A DNA stretch of 64,000 nucleotides from Candidatus Moraniibacteriota bacterium (GCA_030648835.1 JAUSGT010000002.1:89665-153664); one strand, 5' to 3'; positions 18,758-29,208 are shown, counted from the first letter of the stretch. Translations and numbers: made by a program. Notes: generated from the letters alone by a model not told the origin.

Positions 18758-19585
18758 ATGAAAAGTATGAATAATATAATTGATTTGGATAAAATGGAAA
18801 TGCTTAATAAAATCAAAAAGAGCTTTTCGTTTTTCGCTAGTGTTCTTTTATTGACGATTGTTATTTTTGGATCTGTGGGAACCATCGGAGCCGGAGAGAG
18901 AGGCGTCCTCTTGCAATTTGGAGCAGTGAAGGACAAAGTGTTTGACGAAGGCCTTTACTTCAAAATACCCTTTGTCCAAAAAGTAGTGACGATGGATGTG
19001 AAAATTCAAAAAGATGAGGTGCCAGCGAGCGCTTCTTCCAAGGACCTGCAAATCATTACTTCCAAAGTTGCCATTAATTATCACCTTTCTCCTGACAAGG
19101 TAAATATTGTTTGGCAGAGCGTTGGGAAGGATTACAATAGCCGTATTATCGCGCCATCGATTCAGGAGGCGGTCAAGGCAGTCACCGCCAAATTTACTGC
19201 GGAAGAATTGATTATCAAAAGAGAGGACGTGAAAGATCAGATCAAAATCAACCTGGCTGAAAGGTTGATCAGAACTCATATTATAGTGGATGATATCAAT
19301 ATAACGTCTTTTGATTTCTCGCCAGCTTTTAATGAAGCGATTGAGGCCAAGGTGACAGCCGAACAGCTCAAGTTGAAAGCTGAAAGAGATTTGGAAAGAA
19401 TTAGAATAGAGGCGGACCAAAAAGTTATTGAGGCTGAAGGGAAGGCGAAGGCAATTAAAACTGAAGCGCAAGCGTTAACGGCTAATCCTCAGGTGGTGGA
19501 ATTGCGTTGGATAGAAAAGTGGGACGGAAAGACGCCGACGTATTGGGGAGGAGCGAGCCCATTTATCGGGATAAACAGGCAGTAA
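18758..19585 (+). CDS. SPFH/prohibitin family protein
   Basis: GERGVLLQFG, SKDLQ, AIEAKVTAEQ, IEKWDG. Confidence 0.92.
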   Translation: MKSMNNIIDLDKMEMLNKIKKSFSFFASVLLLTIVIFGSVGTIGAGERGVLLQFGAVKDKVFDEGLYFKIPFVQKVVTMDVKIQKDEVPASASSKDLQIITSKVAINYHLSPDKVNIVWQSVGKDYNSRIIAPSIQEAVKAVTAKFTAEELIIKREDVKDQIKINLAERLIRTHIIVDDINITSFDFSPAFNEAIEAKVTAEQLKLKAERDLERIRIEADQKVIEAEGKAKAIKTEAQALTANPQVVELRWIEKWDGKTPTYWGGASPFIGINRQ

Positions 19586-19613
19586 GGTGAGCGCGGAGGT
19601 GTTTTTGTAATTC

Positions 19614-19657
19614 GAGCACTGAAAACAAGGCTGTAACAAGCCTTGTTTTTTATACCC
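19614..19657 (+). repeat. GAGCA + AAAACAAGGC..GCCTTGTTTT hairpin (third copy)
   Basis: Near-identical to 26258-26301 and 15868-15910; looser copy at 28463-28490. Confidence 0.8.
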
Positions 19658-19695
19658 TCAATGGGATAGTAGAATATGTGTGATAAAATTAGATA

Positions 19696-22422
19696 ATGGA
19701 AAGGATTTCTGAAAATTTCTACAATAAGGACTCATCGGAAGTTATTAAGTATTTCAATACGAGCGAGCACGGATTTGCTTCATCCGAAGCGAAGCGGAGA
19801 CTTACGGAATATGGGTCCAATGAATTGCCGGAAGCAAAGCGTGACAGCGTCTACGCCATCTTTTTTCGCCAGTTTAAGAGCCCGCTCATCTTCATTCTGC
19901 TTTCTGCGGGAATCATCATATTTTTCACAGGAGAAATTGTCGATGCCTCCGTTGTTTTCTTCGTCCTCATTTTTAACGCCATTGTCGGTACCGTTCAGGA
20001 AGGAAGAGCACAGAATACTTTTCTGGCGCTAAAGAAATTCATCAAAGGAAGAGCTTTCGTCTTGCGCGATCATGAAGAGACAATCGTTTCAGACAAGTAC
20101 ATTGTCCCGGGTGATATTATCGTCCTGCGGGAGGGGGAGAAGGTTCCGGCTGACGCCCGTGTTATCGCTTCCAATGCTCTCAAGATCAATGAATCTGCCT
20201 TGACAGGAGAGTCATTACCGAAACACAAAGATACGCGTCCGCTCACAGGAGAAAAAATCGTTCTTTCGGATCAAGGAAATATGGTTTTCAAAGGGACGGT
20301 GATCGTTTCCGGAAATGGCAAAGCTATCGTTGTTGCTACCGGCATTGAAACGTTTCTCGGAACGATAGCCAAGGAAACACTCGGGATTGATGCGGATTTT
20401 CCGCTGAAAAACGATATTCGAAAACTTTCCCGGTTCATCATTTCGTTTGTTCTCTCCATCGCGTTTATACTGCTTTCCCTTGGTATTTTGAATGGGCATC
20501 CATTGCGGGATATCTTCAAGACTATTGTTGCCATATCGGTTTCTATCATTCCAGAAGGCTTGCCGATTGTGATAACGCTCGTGCTCGCCAGCGGAGTATG
20601 GCGAATGAGCAAGAAGAATGTTCTCGTAAAGAAATTACAAGCCATTGAAGTTCTGGGAGAAACGAAAATTCTTGCCGTTGATAAAACAGGTACGGTGACA
20701 AAAAACGAGCTCTCGATAGAGAAAGTTTTTATAGATAATAATTTGTTTGACATTGGAGGAGGTGGATACTTGCCAGAAGGAGAGGTGAGTCTTCATGGGG
20801 ATATTGTTGATCCATTAAATCATCCGAATCTGCTTTTAGCGGGGAAGATAGCGGCTCTCAATAGTAGTGCCAGCCTCATCTTTCATAAAGGATCAAGGCA
20901 GTGGAAAGTGGCAGGTGATCCGACCGAAGGGGCAATGATGGTTTTTTCGAAGAAAATTGGTTTTAACCATGAAGATTTGCTTTCCGAGATACCGATGATC
21001 GATGAGCTTCCTTTTGATTATGAACGGAAGTTTCATGTGTCGCTCCATCGTACGAAACCGGAGAATTTTCTCGCGATAACCGGTTCCCCGGAAATGATTC
21101 TCTCTTTGTCTAGAAGAGAGCCGGGAATAGACGGCTTGAAAAAAATTACTGATGAAAGGAAAAAAGAGTTGGAGTTGGTGTTTGATACCTTGTCGCAGGA
21201 TGGGTTGCGAGTCATTGGGTTTGCCTACGGATTCACGACAGATGAAAATATTGATGAAGAGCGCTCAATGAAAAACCTGGTCTTCGGAGGGTTTTTCGGT
21301 ATCAAAGATACGTTGCGGACAGAGGTGAGGGATGCTGTACAACAAGTGGAGGCATCAGGCATAAAAGTGGTGATGATCACTGGGGACCATGCTGTGACAG
21401 CACGGGCGATTGCAACGGAATCTGGAATTTACAATGGCGGGGACATGGTACTCGATGGTGAAGAGATAGATCGATTAAGCGATGGAGAACTGGCAGAAAA
21501 AATACCGGATGTGAGTGTTTTTTCTCGGGTTACACCGAAGCATAAACTGAGAATTATTCAGGCATACCGGTCGAGCGGGTTGGTCGTCGCGATGACCGGA
21601 GACGGAGTGAATGATGCTCTCTCCCTTTCAGCAGCAGACATCGGTATTGGGATGGGAAAAATTGGGACGGATGTCGCCAAAGAAGCTTCTGATATTATCT
21701 TGCTCGACGATAACTTCGGCAGCATCGTCCATGGCGTTGAAGAAGGAAGAAATATCTTTGCGACTATCAAGAAGGTCATTCTCTATCTTTTTTCGACCAG
21801 TTTAGGTGAAGTGTTCGTTTTGCTCGGAGCTTTGCTTATTGGTTTTCCTCTCCCAATTCTCGCGGCTCAAATCTTGTGGTTGAATCTGGTAACGGACGGA
21901 TTCCTCGATGTGGCTCTCGCAATGGAGCCAAAAGAGCCAAAGAAGGTTTTTTTTGCGAAGACGGCACTAGTCGATACATTGATGATGAAGCGGATGTTTC
22001 TCATGGCGCTCCCGATGGCGATTGGGACACTCATTCTTTTCAGCCAGTACTATCAAGATGATATTGCGAAAGCGTGGACGATCTCACTGACGGTACTCGC
22101 TGTATTCCAGTGGTTCAATGCCTGGAATTGCCGGTCGGCAGAGAAATCGGTTTTTTCTATGAACCCGTTTTCCAATAAGTTTCTTTTGGGGGCGACTGGC
22201 ATTATTATTATGTTGCAAGTCACTGCCGTATATAGCCCGCTGTTTCAGAAAGTGCTCCGAACAGTACCGCTTGATCGAGATGACTGGCTTATGATTATTC
22301 CTGTAGCGTTTTCAATCGTTGTAGTGGAGGAAGTCAGGAAATACTTTTATAGGGTGTCTTTGCGCCGTATAGAAAGCGAGAAAGCGTCTTCTGCAGGTCT
22401 ACCCTATGGTAAGTCTGAGTAA
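19696..22422 (+). CDS. Cation-transporting P-type ATPase (P2-type)
   Basis: TGES, IPEGL, DKTGT, MITGD, TGDGVND. Confidence 0.95.
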   Translation: MERISENFYNKDSSEVIKYFNTSEHGFASSEAKRRLTEYGSNELPEAKRDSVYAIFFRQFKSPLIFILLSAGIIIFFTGEIVDASVVFFVLIFNAIVGTVQEGRAQNTFLALKKFIKGRAFVLRDHEETIVSDKYIVPGDIIVLREGEKVPADARVIASNALKINESALTGESLPKHKDTRPLTGEKIVLSDQGNMVFKGTVIVSGNGKAIVVATGIETFLGTIAKETLGIDADFPLKNDIRKLSRFIISFVLSIAFILLSLGILNGHPLRDIFKTIVAISVSIIPEGLPIVITLVLASGVWRMSKKNVLVKKLQAIEVLGETKILAVDKTGTVTKNELSIEKVFIDNNLFDIGGGGYLPEGEVSLHGDIVDPLNHPNLLLAGKIAALNSSASLIFHKGSRQWKVAGDPTEGAMMVFSKKIGFNHEDLLSEIPMIDELPFDYERKFHVSLHRTKPENFLAITGSPEMILSLSRREPGIDGLKKITDERKKELELVFDTLSQDGLRVIGFAYGFTTDENIDEERSMKNLVFGGFFGIKDTLRTEVRDAVQQVEASGIKVVMITGDHAVTARAIATESGIYNGGDMVLDGEEIDRLSDGELAEKIPDVSVFSRVTPKHKLRIIQAYRSSGLVVAMTGDGVNDALSLSAADIGIGMGKIGTDVAKEASDIILLDDNFGSIVHGVEEGRNIFATIKKVILYLFSTSLGEVFVLLGALLIGFPLPILAAQILWLNLVTDGFLDVALAMEPKEPKKVFFAKTALVDTLMMKRMFLMALPMAIGTLILFSQYYQDDIAKAWTISLTVLAVFQWFNAWNCRSAEKSVFSMNPFSNKFLLGATGIIIMLQVTAVYSPLFQKVLRTVPLDRDDWLMIIPVAFSIVVVEEVRKYFYRVSLRRIESEKASSAGLPYGKSE

Positions 22423-22535
22423 TGATTGTATCTGGGCCAAAGATACTATCGGATCAGGGAAGGCCTGCTCCCACTGAAAGGTTCGGAAGCTGTCCCGCCA
22501 AGCGAGCAAAGAGTTGGTGCGGGATAAATACCGTG

Positions 22536-22625
22536 GGAAACTGTTAATCTCTTGGTTCCGCCAGTAGGCGGATAAACTCCGGTTCCCTGCCCGTCCGACA
22601 GGCGGGGAATCCCACCTCTGGAACA
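22536..22625 (+). pseudogene. Degenerate tRNA-Asn(GTT) 3' half interrupted by palindromes
   Basis: CTGTTAA anticodon loop, GGTTC[insert]GAATCCCAC T-arm, CTCTGGA acceptor strand; no 5' half. Confidence 0.5.
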
Positions 22626-22720
22626 TAAAGAAAAAACTGGCCTCATACGAGGTCGGTTTTTCTTTTCTCATGGAGGGTTGGGTGAGGGCAGGAAAATCCA
22701 GAAAAAAAGCATTGGACATT

Positions 22721-23194
22721 TTACGGAGCAGGAGATGTTGAGGAATTTTTAAGAGTTTTGCCGGCAATGAAAGAGCCAATAAAACCGAACACAATAAAAA
22801 TAATGTATTGAACAACGACGCCAACCGCAAATCCCAGCAAAAGAGCGATAATGGCTACCAGACTTACGGCATTCAATCCCGTCAGCCCCCATCCATTTTT
22901 GAATATCATGAAGAGGTTAATGAAAAAGGAAACAGAAACAAAAGGTACAATGACAGCCAGGCTGCCGAGAGAAATCATTCTCAGACGCTCTCTCCAGACG
23001 GTAGTTTTTTCTGATCTTTTCGTCAAATAAAATCCCAGCAAAACCGCAAACAAAGGAACCAGGTAAGAAAACACGCTGAGAATTTTAGGTGAAAAAATTC
23101 CAGCCATACTCGACACGAAACCAAACACAATGGCTATGAACATGAGTGTTCTCACGTTTGGTACCGCACCAAATTTTGACAAAAAGCTACCCAT
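22721..23194 (-). CDS. Multi-pass membrane protein
   Basis: 157 aa, mostly hydrophobic; 5 nt from the upstream gene. Confidence 0.75.
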   Translation of the reverse strand: MGSFLSKFGAVPNVRTLMFIAIVFGFVSSMAGIFSPKILSVFSYLVPLFAVLLGFYLTKRSEKTTVWRERLRMISLGSLAVIVPFVSVSFFINLFMIFKNGWGLTGLNAVSLVAIIALLLGFAVGVVVQYIIFIVFGFIGSFIAGKTLKNSSTSPAP

Positions 23195-23199
23195 AATTA

Positions 23200-24411
23200 C
23201 TAATTTTTATATTGGAAGTAGAATTTCAAAGAGCACCCATTATAACTCTCTACGGTCAGATAGCGCAGGCTTGTACATTGCTCGGTATGTTTTGTGATAT
23301 TTTGCCTGATGCCGACCGTAAAGTCATTCATAACCGCAGGCATGGCTTTGCAAGACACCTCTTTGGCATCCCAGATAATCTTTTTATCCTCGATACTGAG
23401 ACTCGGACGATCAACTCCGGCCGCATCAGCGACAGTTCTTCTTACTGCCTCTAAGCATCTGTCATCTCTTGTTTTGGTACAGCCATCACACTTATTGTTC
23501 GGGTCAGCCCATTCATACCCTTCTCTGCACTGGCAGCTCGCCCCCGCCGGAATCGAACTTATGGGACAGACAAATTGATTGTCAATCTTGACTTTGCCAG
23601 TACTCAAATCGCACTCTGCGTCTCCTGATTCGTCACGTTCGCCAGTTGTCGAACCGTCGCTTATCTCTCCTTTAGGAGCGGGACAGACCTTTCCAGTCTC
23701 CACGGCCTGAATACTGTAGAGAAGGTAGCCAACCTCTCGTTCTTCATTGGTGATGGAACCTCTCAATTGAGGCACTTTCGTGCCACAGGATGAGCTCTCA
23801 GTCTTATCCATGGTTCCAAGGTAATTTGAATTCGTGATAACTTGAGCCGCAGCGTATGCTTTTTGCTCCTCATCGCTCAAGTTGGTAACGATAACTTGCT
23901 CAGTCACCCAAGAAATTGCTTCGCCCAGCAAGTTTATCCCCATCCCTACTGGCCCGGCTGTCAAATAAGAGCCTCCGAGAGATACCCCTTTTTTGAAAAG
24001 ACCCCAGACCGTTGACTTTACTGGAGTATAATCTAAGACTCTCACGTTTGTATTGATTTCCTGGTCGCAAGAACACGTGGTGTGCGAATAGATTTCAATA
24101 GGCCCGTCAAAAACCACTTTCCCGCCGCTTCCTACCGATATGGGTTTATTAGTAAGCCCCCTTGTTTCGTCGTGTTTCGGGTTTGTGGGGTCAATGGTGT
24201 AGTGAAACAGAACATCCGCATCGCCAAAAAAATTTTGATCATTGTCTGTAAATATATTAGGATCTTTGCTTATCCCAATCTCATTTAACTGAACAGTAAT
24301 TTGGTATTCTTTGTCGTTTGCACTTTCACCGACATGAGAAAAAACCGTTGGTACAGAAAGACCAAGAAACAATAAGGAAACAATAGCCAAGTTTACTTTT
24401 TTCAAAGTCAT
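23200..24411 (-). CDS. Secreted Cys-rich hypothetical protein
   Basis: Signal peptide; EGF-like CQCREGY segment. Confidence 0.75.
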   Translation of the reverse strand: MTLKKVNLAIVSLLFLGLSVPTVFSHVGESANDKEYQITVQLNEIGISKDPNIFTDNDQNFFGDADVLFHYTIDPTNPKHDETRGLTNKPISVGSGGKVVFDGPIEIYSHTTCSCDQEINTNVRVLDYTPVKSTVWGLFKKGVSLGGSYLTAGPVGMGINLLGEAISWVTEQVIVTNLSDEEQKAYAAAQVITNSNYLGTMDKTESSSCGTKVPQLRGSITNEEREVGYLLYSIQAVETGKVCPAPKGEISDGSTTGERDESGDAECDLSTGKVKIDNQFVCPISSIPAGASCQCREGYEWADPNNKCDGCTKTRDDRCLEAVRRTVADAAGVDRPSLSIEDKKIIWDAKEVSCKAMPAVMNDFTVGIRQNITKHTEQCTSLRYLTVESYNGCSLKFYFQYKN

Positions 24412-24796
24412 ACATTCCTACGTCTGCCACTATAATAATACTTCAGCTATACTTGTGTCTATAGTCAGGTAAAAAAGCAAGAAGAAGCGAGGAAATGGGC
24501 GTTTTCTGTTTTGGGTGACGGCGAGAAGTGCCAAGGACGGAAACCCTATCGGGACGCAATCGTGCTATAATCGAGGTGAATTAAAATGAAAAATATGACT
24601 TCCTTCCTGAAACAGTCAGTCCTGCGTGATCTGCAAAAACTCCTTCAATAAGTTTTTTCAATGAGCATCAAGCGGATTCTAAAAGGATGCTAAAAGCCCC
24701 TTTTTAAACGGAGCAATTTCTGTTTTAAGGAGAGGAGGTGTTACAATAAAGTGAGAAAAAATTCCCTTCGGTGGATTGGCCATTAATATACGGAGG

Positions 24797-25888
24797 ATGA
24801 AATACGTAAAAATTTTTCTGATTGCGACCGCAGTGGTAGTAGGTATGAGCGTGTTTGCTTTCTACGGTGTTACTCGTCCAGACTCGGTTGCTAAACGCGG
24901 TCTGGGAAGTGGCGACTGTAATCCCGTGTCAGCGGATGTCGACTTTGGGCTACGTTATGACGGAAAGCTGATTGACACGCATATCCACATACCCGACGAT
25001 CAGCTTTCGTGGCTTTTGCCCCTTGGTGCCGATACCACTATCGGCAAGTACGCGTGCACGTTTAAAATAGAAGGAACAACTCAAGCTTTTGCATTCTTTC
25101 CCGTCCATAAGTGGTTTATGCCACAAACGGCTACAATTATTCGTGCGGCCCAAAAGACCTATCCAGGACTACTCGTGCCTTTTATCATGCCGCCAGATAA
25201 TGATGGCAGTCCAAGCGGCTTCCCTACCGTTTCAGCCGACGTACTTAGAGATATGCTGGAGGAAGCCCCTAGACTTTTTCAAGGCTATGGAGAAATAGGT
25301 CTTTACGAGCGTGGCGATCACGGCGGATCGAAGGGCGCGCCAGCTCTTCTGCCTGACTCTCCGCGCATGTCGGCAATTTATCCGGTAGTGCGTGAAAATT
25401 CCTTACTTGTTTACGTCCACCTCGGTGAAGGACAGCAGGATTCTTTCGAGCGCGTGGCCGCTGCTAATCGCGATATCAAGTTTATCTTTCACGGTGATCA
25501 GTTGGTAGTTTACAGAGACGGTGTGCAGGATCTTTCCACCATCGATGAGATCTTGAATCGAAATTCAAATGTGTCCTATGGTGTCGACGAACTCTATGGC
25601 GATGACTGGCTTTTAAAACCGGAAGTGACAAAGGAGCAATTTTTAGATCACTTCGACAATTACGAAGAGCTCTTGGATGAGGACGTGATTACCTGGAAGG
25701 CATTCATAGAAAGGCATCCTGACCAAGTGCTTTGGGGTACTGACCGCGGATGGTTTGGGGGTTGGGCGTTGGATCAGGAGGTCGGACTTTACCTCGCGCG
25801 GTACGCGCGCACTTTCATTAGCCGTCTCGATCTAGCAGTACAAGAAAAATTTGCTTACAAGAATGCTGAACGATTATTGGAAAGATAG
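24797..25888 (+). CDS. Amidohydrolase-superfamily protein, membrane-anchored
   Basis: DTHIH, GEIG, VH, FHG, WGTD. Confidence 0.8.
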   Translation: MKYVKIFLIATAVVVGMSVFAFYGVTRPDSVAKRGLGSGDCNPVSADVDFGLRYDGKLIDTHIHIPDDQLSWLLPLGADTTIGKYACTFKIEGTTQAFAFFPVHKWFMPQTATIIRAAQKTYPGLLVPFIMPPDNDGSPSGFPTVSADVLRDMLEEAPRLFQGYGEIGLYERGDHGGSKGAPALLPDSPRMSAIYPVVRENSLLVYVHLGEGQQDSFERVAAANRDIKFIFHGDQLVVYRDGVQDLSTIDEILNRNSNVSYGVDELYGDDWLLKPEVTKEQFLDHFDNYEELLDEDVITWKAFIERHPDQVLWGTDRGWFGGWALDQEVGLYLARYARTFISRLDLAVQEKFAYKNAERLLER

Positions 25889-26256
25889 CAGGAATTTCTA
25901 TCGCTCTAGCAAGAGAGGATAGCGAGCGACGGAAACGGGCTCTTTTTGATGAAGTTTTTAATAGAAGGACAGGCTTTCAAATTGATGGAAAAAATTCCCA
26001 AAATTTTTTTGTTGAGTATAGCGGTTTTACTTATGCTCCTTGCCGGTCTTTTTTATTTTTTCAACGAGACACAAATGATTGAGCAAAAAAATAATTCGGG
26101 AGTATAGGTATAAAATTAAGAAAGAAGCACAACTATGGCAATACCAGCAGGGCAAATAGACTCTTTGTTTTATTTAATAACTTGAAACAAAACTCAATAG
26201 CTGCAACTCCATTTCCATCTGCGGAATATTCAAGTGGCGCAACATATCCGTCAGGG

Positions 26257-26747
26257 GGAGCCACTAAAAACAAGGCTGTAACAAGCCTTGTTTTTATACC
26301 CCGAAAGCCTGCCTGCCGGTAGGCAGGGATGTCAGAACTTGTGATAAGATTGAGATGAAAGCCCGAACCCGACGATAGTAACTAACGCAAAGGATTCGGA
26401 GTTCGATAAATATGGACATTTCAAGGACAAAATTCGTTATCTTCTTCCTCATTTCCGGGTTCGCTTTTCTTTTTATTACTACTTCGCTTTTGGGATCAAC
26501 AGGCCCCCGAGGCTTCCCTAAGCACCCCGACTCATTCCTTCGAACGGCGTCACCGAAGCCATGGAAGAGTACTGTATCCACAATTATAGTACCTATAAAA
26601 ATTGTTTTAATAGGACCTTTGTTGCTTTCTACTGATTTTTTGCGGGATGATCCGCCACCCCCATTTATTGCTATCTATCTCATTTTCTATTGGACGATTC
26701 TTGCCTCAATTATTCATTATCTCCTCGGTAAATTGAAACGCTCTTAA
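26257..26747 (+). repeat. ~490 bp direct repeat copy 2
   Basis: Matches 15867-16361. Confidence 0.9.
26412..26747 (+). CDS. Small membrane protein (paralog of 16023-16361)
   Basis: Highly similar translation. Confidence 0.8.
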   Translation: MDISRTKFVIFFLISGFAFLFITTSLLGSTGPRGFPKHPDSFLRTASPKPWKSTVSTIIVPIKIVLIGPLLLSTDFLRDDPPPPFIAIYLIFYWTILASIIHYLLGKLKRS

Positions 26748-26847
26748 CGCATCATTCTTCTGATATAATGACTATATAATAAAAATTACGTCGGTGTATT
26801 GGAAACTAACCTTGATGGGAAAATCATAAAGTTTTTGTAAAATAAAT

Positions 26848-28110
26848 ATGGTAAATAAAAAATTATTAACCGGTAGCCTCGTTGTTGTAATTTTGATTTT
26901 AACTGTAGTGCTGATGACGGGTAAAAGAGAAATCAGCCCGGCACAAATTGGTCCTGCTATTTTGGATAGTGCCGGTCAAAATAATTATGGGAAAGCCGGG
27001 AAAGAGAGGGTAGATCTGCCGTCCTGCGGAAACAAAATGGACTTCTTTACGGTTTCTCCAATAAAGAGTGAGGATTATGGTGATTTGATACCTTTGGGCA
27101 GTTTGAACCCGACCGGACATGTTTTTCCAACCGACCATATATATTTGTTTTCCAAAAAAACACCAGGGAGGAATGGCGAAACAACGGAGGACTTTGCTAA
27201 GCCGTTTTATTCTCCTGGGGATATGTGGATTACCGAGGTTAGCACCAGTGAAGACCTCGTTACCCAAAAAACCGATTACGGGATAGTCTATCAGCCCTGT
27301 GCTGAGTTTGAAGGAAAGTTTGGCCATGTAGGCAGACTCTCTGCCAAACTCAAGGCTGAAATAGAAAAAATAACTGATAAAAAATGTAATGACTATACTA
27401 CCGGCGGATCGAAGTATCGCGCTTGCTGGTACGGGCAACTGAAAATATTCGTCAAGGCCGGTGAAGAACTCGGGACAGTTTTCAATGGTCGTTCGGCCGC
27501 TTTGGACATTTGGGCAACTGATTTTCGCAGTGAGAAATTGAAATTTGCCAATCCTACTCGTTGGCGTGAAGAAACTTTATATAATGTTTGTCCGGCAAAT
27601 TATTTCACCGCCAGTATCAAAAATGAAATGCTCAGCCGCTTTAGCGGCTATGGCAGAAATGAAAAAAGGACGGTTGAGCCGGTTTGTGGCACGATAGAAG
27701 CGGACATAAAAGGTACCGCCCGGGGTCATTGGTTTAGCCGCGATCATACGCAGTATTCACTCGAAGACAAAAATCTGGCACTGGCAAACGACAATAAAAA
27801 TCCACTGCAGCAAGCCTTTTCGATGGGGAATTCCGGAGAGAGCAAGGGTTACAAAAGCGGAGTAAATTACTTTATGCCTAAAAACAGCGGCAGTGTAAAC
27901 CGAGACTTCGCCGAAGTAAAGCCGGACGGCGGTGTCTACTGCTATGAAACTACGAACTCGCCAAATATAAAAACACATGGTGCAGGGCAAAAATCCGTTC
28001 TATATCTGAGTATGCTAAACGACGAAACAATCAGAGTGGAGAAGGCCAACGGTTTTGTCTGCGATCAAGGCCCATGGATTATGACGAATTATGTTGAGTT
28101 TGTACGGTGA
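26848..28110 (+). CDS. Exported hypothetical protein
   Basis: N-terminal TM, GHVFPTDHIY, Cys pairs. Confidence 0.75.
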   Translation: MVNKKLLTGSLVVVILILTVVLMTGKREISPAQIGPAILDSAGQNNYGKAGKERVDLPSCGNKMDFFTVSPIKSEDYGDLIPLGSLNPTGHVFPTDHIYLFSKKTPGRNGETTEDFAKPFYSPGDMWITEVSTSEDLVTQKTDYGIVYQPCAEFEGKFGHVGRLSAKLKAEIEKITDKKCNDYTTGGSKYRACWYGQLKIFVKAGEELGTVFNGRSAALDIWATDFRSEKLKFANPTRWREETLYNVCPANYFTASIKNEMLSRFSGYGRNEKRTVEPVCGTIEADIKGTARGHWFSRDHTQYSLEDKNLALANDNKNPLQQAFSMGNSGESKGYKSGVNYFMPKNSGSVNRDFAEVKPDGGVYCYETTNSPNIKTHGAGQKSVLYLSMLNDETIRVEKANGFVCDQGPWIMTNYVEFVR

Positions 28111-28231
28111 GGGGATTGTTTTCTCAATATTTTTTCAATACTTCTCCAATCCAAAATTCCCCAGTAAGCCGTTTGAACATGTGCTATAATTGCTTTGTTT
28201 CAGAGTAAATTGTGTAAAGTGATGAAAATAT

Positions 28232-28444
28232 ATGGATTTTGAAATGGGGGCGAAGCGTGAAGCTGCAGCCTGGAACGTCGCGACTCACACGGTAGAAACC
28301 TACCTTAGCGTAGGGGAGATAGATAGGGCCAAGCAGTTTGCGAAGCAGGCGATAGAAAATTGGAAAGCGGATGAAAAAGTTGAAGTTGCAGCGCAATTTA
28401 AAGAGTGGTTGCGAGGCAAAGGGATAAATCTGGATACAAAATAG
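28232..28444 (+). CDS. Small helical hypothetical protein
   Basis: 70 aa ORF followed by a hairpin. Confidence 0.55.
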   Translation: MDFEMGAKREAAAWNVATHTVETYLSVGEIDRAKQFAKQAIENWKADEKVEVAAQFKEWLRGKGINLDTK

Positions 28445-28592
28445 GTATGGCACAGGCAATTGAAACAAGGCCATAATTGGCCTTGTTTTTGTTGTCCGCT
28501 TTTGCGACTATACAGAAAGATCTAAACCTGATATATTCAAGGGCCTATTAAAGATTCATGGGAAAGCAATATCCTTGTTTGACGTCTCGAAT

Positions 28593-29144
28593 ATGAAGAA
28601 ATTACTCTTTGTTATCTGGCTATTCCCTCTTGTTGTCTACGGGGGGACAGGCCCAGCCGAATCCCCAACACAAAGTGCCTATATACGCTATACCTCTCCG
28701 CCGGATGGGTATGCCTATGGCATGGTGTGGGTCAATGTGACGCAAAAAAAATCGGGAGCTTTTGTTCAGGTGCGGAAACTGCAACTGGTTTGCTTTAGTG
28801 GTGGAAAGAAGAAAATCTTCGCGGATGGGATCGATACGACCTACGGTATGGGGTTGTATCCAAGAAGCCCCTGGTTCGGTAAAAATGACAAACATATAAC
28901 AATCCCCGTGAGTAACCCTGTAGAAATGCGTAAGGGCAAAGTTACTCATTTTTGGACAAAGAGGGTATATATCCCGAAAGAATACAAGAAGTGTCGTCCT
29001 GAGGCCGCGCTAACAGTGAAAAATGCGTATGTCCAGATAGGGTTGGATTACTGGCCGGGATTTGATTCTTATAAAGAGGGTAAAAAAATAAAAAATGTCG
29101 AGGCGATGGCTTCACGCTGGTATACGAAGACTTTTTCGTACTAA
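28593..29144 (+). CDS. Secreted hypothetical protein
   Basis: MKKLLFV signal peptide; terminator follows. Confidence 0.7.
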   Translation: MKKLLFVIWLFPLVVYGGTGPAESPTQSAYIRYTSPPDGYAYGMVWVNVTQKKSGAFVQVRKLQLVCFSGGKKKIFADGIDTTYGMGLYPRSPWFGKNDKHITIPVSNPVEMRKGKVTHFWTKRVYIPKEYKKCRPEAALTVKNAYVQIGLDYWPGFDSYKEGKKIKNVEAMASRWYTKTFSY

Positions 29145-29164
29145 TTTACAAAAATGTGACACCA

Positions 29165-29199
29165 AAAAACCACCCTTCGATTAACTCAGGGTGGTTTTT
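29165..29199. terminator. Bidirectional terminator (related copy at ~41124-41158)
   Basis: AAAAAACCACCC..CTCAGGGTGGTTTTT between convergent units at both sites. Confidence 0.7.
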
Positions 29200-29208
29200 C
29201 TGTAGAAA

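Noticed and set aside
22536-22625. Functional or intron-containing tRNA-Asn
   Set aside because: No 5' acceptor or D arm, mismatched anticodon stem, and the inserts are palindromic repeats
22399-22830. 143 aa minus-strand ORF as a real gene
   Set aside because: It runs through REP palindromes, a terminator and a tRNA remnant; only the last 36 codons look meaningful
25985-26107. Short signal-peptide-like ORF MEKIPKIFLL...
   Set aside because: Only ~40 codons; probably a truncated remnant and not supportable as a gene
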